Of a stretch of 26,221 nucleotides of DNA, positions 18,967 through 25,866 are shown in pieces; positions within the stretch are counted from its first letter, which is position 1, and every line of letters begins with the position of its first letter. The notes beneath the pieces are model-generated. The model was not told the origin of the DNA. It saw nothing but the letters and a program-made list of their open reading frames with translations, and did not search any database. The position numbers were made by a program, and so were the translations under genes. This DNA comes from a virus (Duplodnaviria > Caudoviricetes): the IMG/VR virus record IMGVR_UViG_3300046830_000018, positions 1 through 26,221 of that record; one strand, written 5' to 3'.

Positions 18967-19386
18967 TTAGATGATGTTGAGGCCAGCACCACTGCCAGCG
19001 GTTGACGCGACCTGACGGCCAATCCGCAAGCCCCGCTTGCCGGCTGGTCGTTCATTCGCTCTCTTGTTCTGAGTCCGTGCAGCCCCAGTGACAGGGGCAG
19101 CAGCAGACGCTTCCGGCGGCGGCGCACCGATGATGTTCGACATTCGTCGAGCTTCAGCCTCAACAGAAGCAACGTTTTCTGCCCGCTCAGTGCGAACGTC
19201 AACAAGCTTCTCAAGCAAGTCTTCTTGCGCAGATTGCGCTGAAGTCAGGCTTGCTTGCAGGTCAGTCAGCTCAGACGACTGCGCCATCTGCATCATCTGC
19301 ATCTGACGGTCGTACATCCGGTCGTACTTGCCAGTGTCTGGCATCGTGATGGTGGTGCCGCCTCCACCCCCGCCGCCCATACACAT
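18967..19386 (-). CDS. gp6.7/gp7.3-like small virion protein, ~139 aa
   Basis: Start moved to ATG 19386 (MCMGGGGG; TGATG overlap with upstream stop). C-terminal GKRGLRI...GSGAGLNII. Confidence 0.7.
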   Translation of the reverse strand: MCMGGGGGGGTTITMPDTGKYDRMYDRQMQMMQMAQSSELTDLQASLTSAQSAQEDLLEKLVDVRTERAENVASVEAEARRMSNIIGAPPPEASAAAPVTGAARTQNKRANERPAGKRGLRIGRQVASTAGSGAGLNII

Positions 19387-19571
19387 CAGAGCCCCTCCAG
19401 GTTTTGCTGGTTCTGCTCTTCGAGTTTCAAAGCAAGCCAACGGACAACGTCAGCACGACCTGCGTTGAACCAGACTTCTTTCTCAGACATCTGAATGTCC
19501 GGCGCTTGGTCAGGGAACTTGGCCCCTAACGCCGCGATCAGACGTTCATCAATCGGCGGAAAGTATTCCAT
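19386..19571 (-). CDS. Conserved small T7-like phage protein (gp6.5 position), 61 aa
   Basis: FPPIDERLIAALGAKFPD...VWFNAGRADVVRWL pattern common between exonuclease and portal in T7-like phages. Confidence 0.75.
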   Translation of the reverse strand: MEYFPPIDERLIAALGAKFPDQAPDIQMSEKEVWFNAGRADVVRWLALKLEEQNQQNLEGL

Positions 19572-19589
19572 GAACAGGAAGAACCACCT

Positions 19590-20342
19590 TTAGATTACCG
19601 GTGGTTCCCACAGGTGAGGAGTACCTGAATCCAGGTCAAACTCACCGCGGCGCAAGATTCGGGCACATCGTGCCTGCGTGATTGCATACAGCTCATCAAA
19701 TCCTGCCTTCTCGTATTGATGCAGGACTTGCGCCCACAGCTCTTTTTCGGTGGTGGCAGTTAGCCATTCCTTGCTGCGAAATAGCGGGTTCTTGTCACCA
19801 ATCTTCGGGCAGCCGGGATAGTTGTCGCTGGTGTCGCCAACAAGCGTCTGCTTGTAAAACGCGACGTTGGCGTCCCACTCCTTAACGACAATCAGCTCAT
19901 CGTTCCGGTAGTGCTGTCCCGGCAGGGTGAGCATGTCCTTGTCACCGCTGCAGATGATCGCACCGGGCTCATTGAGCAATCCCAGAACGTCATCGCCCTC
20001 AACGCCCTTGAATCCACCAGTGAGCCAACCCCTGCTTCTGGCGTATTCACTCAGACCCTTAAGGAACGCGCCATAGCCCGGAGGCCTGCGGCGGTCCTTG
20101 CGGTTTGCCTTGTAGTCCGGCCAGATGTCATGCCTGAAGTTTCGGGTGTCACCCCGGACAAGGAATAGATCGTGTCCATGGAACTTGCTGAGCAGTCCTT
20201 CGACGTGCTCAGCGAAGTCCACCATCGCGTTCTGGTGATTGAGACGATGGATCCAATCACCACCACCGAAGTCAAAATCTTCAGTGTTCCCGGCAGCGAA
20301 GCGATAGGCATAGAACTCAAGGTCATAAAGGAGATAACTCAT
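19590..20342 (-). CDS. gp6: 5'-3' exonuclease (T7 gp6, FEN/PIN family)
   Basis: NFRHDIWPDYKANR, EGDDVLG, SGDKDMLTLPG, LVGDTSDNYPGCPKIG, ARCARILR. Confidence 0.93.
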   Translation of the reverse strand: MSYLLYDLEFYAYRFAAGNTEDFDFGGGDWIHRLNHQNAMVDFAEHVEGLLSKFHGHDLFLVRGDTRNFRHDIWPDYKANRKDRRRPPGYGAFLKGLSEYARSRGWLTGGFKGVEGDDVLGLLNEPGAIICSGDKDMLTLPGQHYRNDELIVVKEWDANVAFYKQTLVGDTSDNYPGCPKIGDKNPLFRSKEWLTATTEKELWAQVLHQYEKAGFDELYAITQARCARILRRGEFDLDSGTPHLWEPPVI

Positions 20343-20596
20343 GGTTCACAAGGCAAGATTTCGATCACCTTCGCCCTGTTGGGTCCGACAGAGAACTTCG
20401 GGATCGACAGCCGAAACTTCGCTGGGTCGAGGTTGTGCTCGGGGTACTGGACTGACCACCAACTCCACTGACAGAACCCACACTCCCGAGTACGAGCGAT
20501 GCGACCATCTTTTGTGTAGTAGGTGTTCTTGACCCTGCTCACCGTCTTCCCGCACTTGGGACACTCAGGAGCTGGGTAAAGCTTGCGGGCACCCAT
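20339..20596 (-). CDS. Stand-alone Zn-ribbon protein (NrdR-N/Ogr-like), 85 aa
   Basis: CPKC...SRVKNT...RIARTRECGFC; translationally coupled to both neighbours. Confidence 0.7.
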   Translation of the reverse strand: MGARKLYPAPECPKCGKTVSRVKNTYYTKDGRIARTRECGFCQWSWWSVQYPEHNLDPAKFRLSIPKFSVGPNRAKVIEILPCEP

Positions 20597-20814
20597 CAGT
20601 TGCCCTCCGATTCAATGATCCAACGGGCCATGGCCAGAGCGCCGTCCCACCAGGCCTGATCGTGAGCACTGTCGCTGTGGAATGCTCTGTCGTATTCCTC
20701 GCTGGCGTAATGGGCGTAGGCCAGCAGGGTGCCGTACTGAAGCTCAGCAGGGCGGTTCTCCTTGAACTCAGAAAGCTGAGCGATGATTTGCTCTCTTGTA
20801 GGCGGGTAGGTCAC
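20596..20814 (-). CDS. Hypothetical protein, 72 aa
   Basis: Helical-looking ORF filling the operon; TGATG coupling to the next gene; exact start uncertain. Confidence 0.6.
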   Translation of the reverse strand: MTYPPTREQIIAQLSEFKENRPAELQYGTLLAYAHYASEEYDRAFHSDSAHDQAWWDGALAMARWIIESEGN

Positions 20815-21007
20815 GGAAATTCATGTCGAGAAATTGGGGGTGGTCTTTTAAAAACCCAGAGCTGGGCAAGACCTTGGGGCGATCCAAAGCAGCCGGGATC
20901 TCAGACCAGTAGTCACGCCTGTTGAACTCAGCGATTGACCACTTGCCAGTCACCAGGCCACGTTCGAGGATTACTTGGAGTTGCGACTGGTCAATCAGTC
21001 GTTCCAT
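20768..21007 (-). CDS. Hypothetical protein, 79 aa
   Basis: In-operon ORF with GAGGAGG SD-like sequence just upstream of ATG 21007. Confidence 0.6.
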   Translation of the reverse strand: MERLIDQSQLQVILERGLVTGKWSIAEFNRRDYWSEIPAALDRPKVLPSSGFLKDHPQFLDMNFRDLPAYKRANHRSAF

Positions 21008-21515
21008 TCACCTCCTCAGCAAGGTGGCGGAGATACTGAGCCCATTCCTCCCGACTAATGCCTTCGTCGTTATCGACGACAGGAGGCAGCAACGGGTGGG
21101 CTTCAGCTTCAAAAGGGACGTAGGCGTCAGTGTTGGTCGGGTCAGCGGCACCAGCGATTGATCGAGGTTTGCCTGGCAGCAACGTCTTCTGCTCATCAGT
21201 CGGGGCAACAAACGGCGGAAGCTCGCGCTTAAACCCCCAGCTGCGGTTGGCCTTGCCGTTTTCCGTCGCATACAGCGAGGTCATTAGCTCAGCCCAAACC
21301 GGGAAACGGGAGAAGTCCTTGTGGCTGTAGGCCTGCACCCACTGCTCACACGCCCAGAAGAACTGAGCGTCATTGACTTCAGGGAACTCCGACTGGAAGC
21401 TGTGAAACTTCAGCTTGCAGACCACGTCTGACCAGCGGTCCTCGCGCTTGACGCGAAGCTGCTGCTGAATCAACTCAACGCCTGCCAGGAAAGTTGTCGG
21501 CGTTAGCTGTTCCAT
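20991..21515 (-). CDS. Putative helicase loader/inhibitor-like protein (SPP1 G39P / lambda P role), 174 aa
   Basis: N-terminal helical bundle ending FFWACEQWV...RFPVWAELM, resembling the FP-x-x-AE-hydrophobic signature of phage loader proteins; directly after an initiator-like gene. ORF is solid, function inferred. Confidence 0.5.
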   Translation of the reverse strand: MEQLTPTTFLAGVELIQQQLRVKREDRWSDVVCKLKFHSFQSEFPEVNDAQFFWACEQWVQAYSHKDFSRFPVWAELMTSLYATENGKANRSWGFKRELPPFVAPTDEQKTLLPGKPRSIAGAADPTNTDAYVPFEAEAHPLLPPVVDNDEGISREEWAQYLRHLAEEVNGTTD

Positions 21516-22036
21516 GTCTCGATCGCTCGCTGCATGGCTGAGTCCTTAGGCATCAACACGCCGTCAGGCACCGGGGACACATCGTTGACGTAGCCCTCTT
21601 GCAGGCTCTGCCAACCCATCTCCGCGCCAAGCTTGGCCAAAGCCATCGCCTTCAATGGGTTCATCGCCAACACGCGAGTGACGTTCTGAAGCCACGCATT
21701 GCGGGTCCAGGTCGCCTTGCTTTTGTGCTTTGACCAGCGAGCTTCGTTCCACCACTCAGTGAGCAGGGCAGCCAGCTCGGCATCAGCGCCGTTGAACTCG
21801 TCCTCAATCTGAGCCGGGTGGAACTTCTCGAACTTGGATGGTCGAAGCTTCTGCTGAAGCTCAATCACCGTGTCCTGGGGTTCTTCGCAGATCCAGCCGC
21901 GATGGCGACCAGCGAAGGCAGCAATGGTTTCGATGGTTGAGAAGTCCTTCAGGCACTCGCCGCATTGGCGTACCCGTCGGTCTCCTCTCGTTTCAAGGAC
22001 ACGACTCTTTTCGTGCCCGCAATGGGGACATTTCAT
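21503..22036 (-). CDS. NrdR-type Zn ribbon fused to putative replication-initiator C-terminal domain, 177 aa
   Basis: [34 protein letters not shown] matches the NrdR N-terminal ribbon, with no ATP-cone. C-terminal EWW..R..K.K..T..AW...GWQSL resembles phage replication-initiator C-termini. Confidence 0.55.
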   Translation of the reverse strand: MKCPHCGHEKSRVLETRGDRRVRQCGECLKDFSTIETIAAFAGRHRGWICEEPQDTVIELQQKLRPSKFEKFHPAQIEDEFNGADAELAALLTEWWNEARWSKHKSKATWTRNAWLQNVTRVLAMNPLKAMALAKLGAEMGWQSLQEGYVNDVSPVPDGVLMPKDSAMQRAIETWNS

Positions 22037-22404
22037 GGCAAATACCAGAGACGAATTTCAATCGTTGAATCCTTTTGCTTGGCTTTCTTGTGCTCGCCAA
22101 CAAGCCTGCTGATCACTGAAACCCGGTCGTCTCGCCACACCAGCTGGTTGCCGCAGTCGAGGATGGCGCCCATCAGATTGTCCAGATCCGCCCTAGCGGG
22201 GCCAGAAAACCTGAGGCTGAGAACGTTGACGGTTTCCAGTGGCGGATCAACCCACCACTCAGCAAGTTGTGCGCGAACGTCTGCCTTCCACTTCTTGTAA
22301 GCGGCAGGCATGTAAGGGACCTTTTGCCCAGAAAAGGATCTGGGCCGGGCCTTACTCATTAACGGGACATGCAGCGTTATGCGCCGCGCCACCATGCGAG
22401 GCAT
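22033..22404 (-). CDS. rusA: RusA-family Holliday junction resolvase
   Basis: [33 protein letters not shown] catalytic Asp pattern. Confidence 0.88.
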   Translation of the reverse strand: MPRMVARRITLHVPLMSKARPRSFSGQKVPYMPAAYKKWKADVRAQLAEWWVDPPLETVNVLSLRFSGPARADLDNLMGAILDCGNQLVWRDDRVSVISRLVGEHKKAKQKDSTIEIRLWYLP

Positions 22405-23054
22405 CAGAAAGGGATGTCCTCTTCTGCTGCCTGAGCTGCAGCCGTAAGTTGCTCACCAAACGCCGCAGCTTCCGGGTCAGTGACCGGCGCCACAGCACCG
22501 CCAGGGACAGCAGCAAAACCACCATCAGAAGGTTCTTCGCGGGTATAGGGGACGTGTTTGACGATCTGCAGGCCGTGCAGTTCAGCGGACAGGCCAACGC
22601 CTTCACCAGCGCGGCTCCAGCCCCAGAAATGGATCTTGGCGATAACAGTGGAGCCGTTGCCGATCAGTTCGCTCTCAGGCCACTTGGCCAGCTGCGAATC
22701 GACTACCAAGGGGCCGGCATTCTCCAGGCCCTGGGCCTTGTTGAGCAGCTTGCGCTTTGCCTTGAGCACCAGCATCCCAGTGGGCTCCTTCTCGCCCATG
22801 TCGTTCTTCTCTTCATGGCGCTTGAGGGGCATCCCGTTGGCGCTGACCTTGGGCTTGGCGCCATGGGCCTCGACCATGCAGGCACGGATCTGATCGCGCA
22901 GCTTGGTGATGGCGTCGTCGTTGGGGTCACCGAGCAGGTCAATTGACCACATCGGGTCGTCGCCTTCGCTGCGTGCCTGGGCCTTACCGAGCACCTTGGC
23001 CCAGTTGGCCATCATCGGCGGGGTGTAAATGATTTCGGACCTGTAGCCAGCCAT
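22404..23054 (-). CDS. gp2.5: Single-stranded DNA-binding protein (T7 gp2.5-like)
   Basis: TP...WAKV, PLVVDS, IGNGSTV, GVGLSAELHGLQIVKHVPY, acidic tail ending EEDIPF; directly after RNAP. Confidence 0.88.
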   Translation of the reverse strand: MAGYRSEIIYTPPMMANWAKVLGKAQARSEGDDPMWSIDLLGDPNDDAITKLRDQIRACMVEAHGAKPKVSANGMPLKRHEEKNDMGEKEPTGMLVLKAKRKLLNKAQGLENAGPLVVDSQLAKWPESELIGNGSTVIAKIHFWGWSRAGEGVGLSAELHGLQIVKHVPYTREEPSDGGFAAVPGGAVAPVTDPEAAAFGEQLTAAAQAAEEDIPF

Positions 23055-23060
23055 AAAAGC

Positions 23061-23076
23061 TCTGCAGTGGTGATGT
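23061..23076 (-). promoter_or_regulatory. Conserved motif upstream of SSB
   Basis: ACATCACCACTGCAGA, 14/16 identical to the gp11 copy. Confidence 0.6.
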
Positions 23077-23084
23077 GCAGATTG

Positions 23085-23113
23085 AGTATGAGGGCCTAGG
23101 TCCGTCGCGTCAA
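23085..23113 (-). promoter_or_regulatory. Host sigma70-type promoter for the SSB/replication operon
   Basis: TTGACG-N17-CATACT in the RNAP-SSB intergenic gap. Confidence 0.75.
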
Positions 23114-23138
23114 TGAATCTAGTAAGACGATATTGAGA

Positions 23139-25478
23139 CTACGAGAAGCAGTAAGGGTTTTGGCCTATTTCTCCCTCGCACAAATCGTTCACAAAAGGTG
23201 GCAGCGGCAAGTCCACATCGGCGTAGTAGCAGACCTCTTCACGCAAATCCGTCAGCCAGTCCGGCTTGTAGTGCTCACGCAGTTCATCCAGCAGAGTGTT
23301 GTGCAACTGCAGGGCATCTGTCGGCAGCGTTGCAAAGCAATCATGGTTCGTCAGGACCTGCTTCTGCACCCGCTGCATTCTTTGCACTACTGCATGACAC
23401 ATGCTGGCGTCGAAGGCGTGAATCACGTTGGCGGTGATGCCACGGTTGGTCGCCCTAGCGCTCAGTTCCCCCGGCACCACCCCTGAGTCCAGGGTCTCCC
23501 AGCGCTTAGTCCCGTTGATCACCGTGGAGACCTTCTGACGGGCTTCCTGTTCGACTCCAAGGGCAATGGGAAAGCCCATCGGTGAAGTGAACCGGATTCG
23601 CTGCTGCCGCTTCATACAGGCCTTGCTGACGCTTCTCAGCCATGCCTCCATCGCCACACAGCTCTTGAGTCGGTGGGCGATCACCACGTTCAACTTGGTG
23701 GCCAGGTATTGCGCCGGCCAGGTGTACTCACGGTCCCAGTCCTCCAGCTCGACCCGCGGGTTCCGCTGCATCAGGAAGTCGACCAACTGCTCGACAATTC
23801 CGAAGTGCCTCGCGCCATAGATCCGCGTCAGCGTTGGCCCCTTCGTCACCTCACGGGTGATTCCATGCTTCAGCCAGATCTCTGCCATCCGCGCACTGCG
23901 GAAGTCGAAGCCCTGCAGGTCACGCTGCAACCCATCGTTCAGGTCTTTAGCGACCTGGGCGTAGAGATCCTCTCGACTGTCGCCGATGCAATTGGTAAGA
24001 CGGGCCAACTCCCTGTCTCTCGTCAGGCAGGCGATGATCCCCATCCCGCTGCACGTTTGGTCAAACCTGACCGGCAAGTGCAGTTTCCTGCCTGGGTCCA
24101 CCAGCCAGTCGTTAATAGCCTTGGCGGCCTGCACGAACTGCCACGGGTCGGAGGCGTCCTTCCATAGATCCATCCGATCCAGAGGGCTCTGAGCCACCGC
24201 ACTGATCATGTGCAGGTTCTGCTTGCCCCAGTCCAGCCTTTCCTTCCAGGTCTTCTTGCCCAGGCCGTAGTGACCGGCCGCGGCCTTGAGCATCTCCTGA
24301 AAGCCGTCCTCACCCGCCACGGCTCCCAGGCCGAACTCCACCAACGCCTTCATGTGGTCAGGCCCCTGGTGGCCCACCAGCCGCGATGAGCAGTAGACCC
24401 GTCCGCGGAAGTCGAGGTCATGTTCAAGCCAGATCGGACGGCCAGCGATCTCCTCGGCCTGCAGCATTGCCTCCTCAATGCGAGCCCGCTTGCGCACCAC
24501 CTCACCGCCAAATTCATGACGCTCGGGCTCACGGGACACCGAGAACAGCGGCAGGTTGCAGTCCCATGCCTCGCGTTGCACCTCCGCCATCCACGGGTCA
24601 ACACGCATCTGCTGCTCTTCCAGCCCATTCACGATCTCCATCTGTGCCACCACAGAACCGACCGTGATGTGACTGAGGTCCATCGGCCGGCGACTGGAGA
24701 CCAACGGCTTCCCATCACGGCGGATGTCTGACCAGGGCTCCAGGGGCAGCAGCGACGGCAGCCGACGGACAGACATGGCCCGCGGCGGCTTGCTGCGAAT
24801 CAGCTCCTCTACGTCAGGGGTGGGCTTAATCAGCAGCTTGCGGCCCTGCTGCACCTCCTCCACGAGGTTGGTGCTGGCCATGAGCAGGTCCAACACCAGA
24901 CAGCCAAGCTCACGCTTCTCCGGCGTCGTCCACTCCTTAGGCGACACCTTGAGCTTGTTCATCACCTTGGCCGACACCGTTTTGCGGCCGAACTTCTTCT
25001 TGACCACCGAGAGCAGCACCATGCCGCGCTGGTCATGGACGACGGTGCCGTTCAGTTCATCCTGCAGCGCACGGCCGATAACAATCGCCAGCTTGGTTTT
25101 CTCATTGATGGTGCTGATCCGATCGATCACGCAGGTCAATGCAATCACCGCAATTGAGCGCGGGCCTCTATTGCAGAAGTGCAGAAGAAACTCCCAAGCC
25201 TGGTGATGTCTGCCAGCGCTGTACGGGTCAACAAGCTTCTTGGTCAGGAAGACATTGATGCCTTGGCTGAACAACTCGCCGTAGTTCTGGAAGAGGGCAT
25301 GGCCGTAAGAGGTCTTGCTTTCGCGGCCGGATGCCTTCAGCCTTGTCTGGTTGTTTTTCGCACGTTCCTCAGCCCGCTTAACCTCTCGCTGTTGTCTGCG
25401 GTGCTGGTCCTGTTCGGGTGTTTGCCCTGTCTGCATTTCGTCTGCGGCCACTGAAAACTGTCTGCTTCCGGCAGACAA
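23139..25478 (-). CDS. gp1: T7-like single-subunit DNA-dependent RNA polymerase
   Basis: DFRGRVY, DPWQF, motif A FDQTCSG, motif B REVTKGPTLTRIYG, NVIHAFDA, motif C NHDCF. Start uncertain (TTG 25478, GTG 25451 or ATG 25436). Confidence 0.96.
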   Translation of the reverse strand: MSAGSRQFSVAADEMQTGQTPEQDQHRRQQREVKRAEERAKNNQTRLKASGRESKTSYGHALFQNYGELFSQGINVFLTKKLVDPYSAGRHHQAWEFLLHFCNRGPRSIAVIALTCVIDRISTINEKTKLAIVIGRALQDELNGTVVHDQRGMVLLSVVKKKFGRKTVSAKVMNKLKVSPKEWTTPEKRELGCLVLDLLMASTNLVEEVQQGRKLLIKPTPDVEELIRSKPPRAMSVRRLPSLLPLEPWSDIRRDGKPLVSSRRPMDLSHITVGSVVAQMEIVNGLEEQQMRVDPWMAEVQREAWDCNLPLFSVSREPERHEFGGEVVRKRARIEEAMLQAEEIAGRPIWLEHDLDFRGRVYCSSRLVGHQGPDHMKALVEFGLGAVAGEDGFQEMLKAAAGHYGLGKKTWKERLDWGKQNLHMISAVAQSPLDRMDLWKDASDPWQFVQAAKAINDWLVDPGRKLHLPVRFDQTCSGMGIIACLTRDRELARLTNCIGDSREDLYAQVAKDLNDGLQRDLQGFDFRSARMAEIWLKHGITREVTKGPTLTRIYGARHFGIVEQLVDFLMQRNPRVELEDWDREYTWPAQYLATKLNVVIAHRLKSCVAMEAWLRSVSKACMKRQQRIRFTSPMGFPIALGVEQEARQKVSTVINGTKRWETLDSGVVPGELSARATNRGITANVIHAFDASMCHAVVQRMQRVQKQVLTNHDCFATLPTDALQLHNTLLDELREHYKPDWLTDLREEVCYYADVDLPLPPFVNDLCEGEIGQNPYCFS

Positions 25479-25701
25479 AGCAAACCACCTGTGCAGACCT
25501 TTTGGAACCAGTGTCCAGAACAGCGCAAAACCCAGTTTCAGTGCCTGGTCTGCACCTATGCATAGTTAAACCAATGGCTGGCCACAGCATTGGCAACCCA
25601 AAAGACCTCTGCACCACTGGGACTTAACCAGCAGGTGTCTGCCGAATCTGCATTTAGCAGCAGACAGAAATGCAGACGCTTCTGGTTTTTGCCTGGTTAA
25701 G
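25393..25701. repeat. Cluster of TCTGC/GCAGA direct and inverted repeats with palindromes (ori- or attP-like)
   Basis: About 12 TCTGC/GCAGA copies. GTCTGCATTTCGTCTGC (25429-25445) is inverted against GCAGACAGAAATGCAGAC (25660-25677). Also TGTCTGC-N5-GCAGACA (25459-25477), CTATGCATAG (25556-25565) and CTTAACCAG/CTGGTTAAG (25623-25631, 25693-25701). Confidence 0.7.
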
Positions 25702-25710
25702 CAATGGCTG

Positions 25711-25866
25711 TCATTTCCACCGTCCTCGCTTGTATTCAGCAAGCAACCGCTGAAGGCGATCGACGGTCTGTAGGGCCTCAGCTGCGATCCAAAACGGGTC
25801 AGCCCCGTCATCGATCAGTTCGCGCCGAATACGCCTGATTTGAATTGTGGTGTCCACGTTGCCCAT
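25711..25866 (-). CDS. Small hypothetical protein, 51 aa
   Basis: Below the ORF-track cutoff: MGNVDTTIQIRRIRRELIDDGADPFWIAAEALQTVDRLQRLLAEYKRGRWK; GGGAG SD 6 nt before ATG; amphipathic helices. Confidence 0.6.
   Translation of the reverse strand: MGNVDTTIQIRRIRRELIDDGADPFWIAAEALQTVDRLQRLLAEYKRGRWK

Noticed and set aside
21820-21865. Short GAACTT/GAAGCT repeats inside the initiator-like gene (possible lambda-type internal iterons)
   Set aside because: Short, irregular, explained by the peptide [10 protein letters not shown], with no adjacent AT-rich unwinding element.
23114-23138. Partial NrdR-box-like sequence CTCAATATC upstream of the sigma70 promoter
   Set aside because: Only a half-site matches; no palindromic partner.
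25499-25520. GGTTCCAAA resembling a tRNA T-loop (possible att core)
   Set aside because: No T-stem or acceptor-stem pairing; no tRNA could be folded.
25547-25574. Loose resemblance to a XerCD dif site (GGTCTGCACCT-ATGCAT-AGTTAAACC); also TTATGTTGAG near 25890
   Set aside because: Arms do not align in the 11-6-11 register with adequate identity; better explained by the recurrent motif and a -10-like element.
25393-25701. Possible CRISPR-like mini-array
   Set aside because: Repeats are 5-7 bp, in mixed orientation and irregularly spaced; not a repeat-spacer structure.
25566-25811. 81-aa minus-strand ORF from the track
   Set aside because: Overlaps the better-supported 51-aa ORF out of frame, runs through the repeat array and lacks protein-like features.
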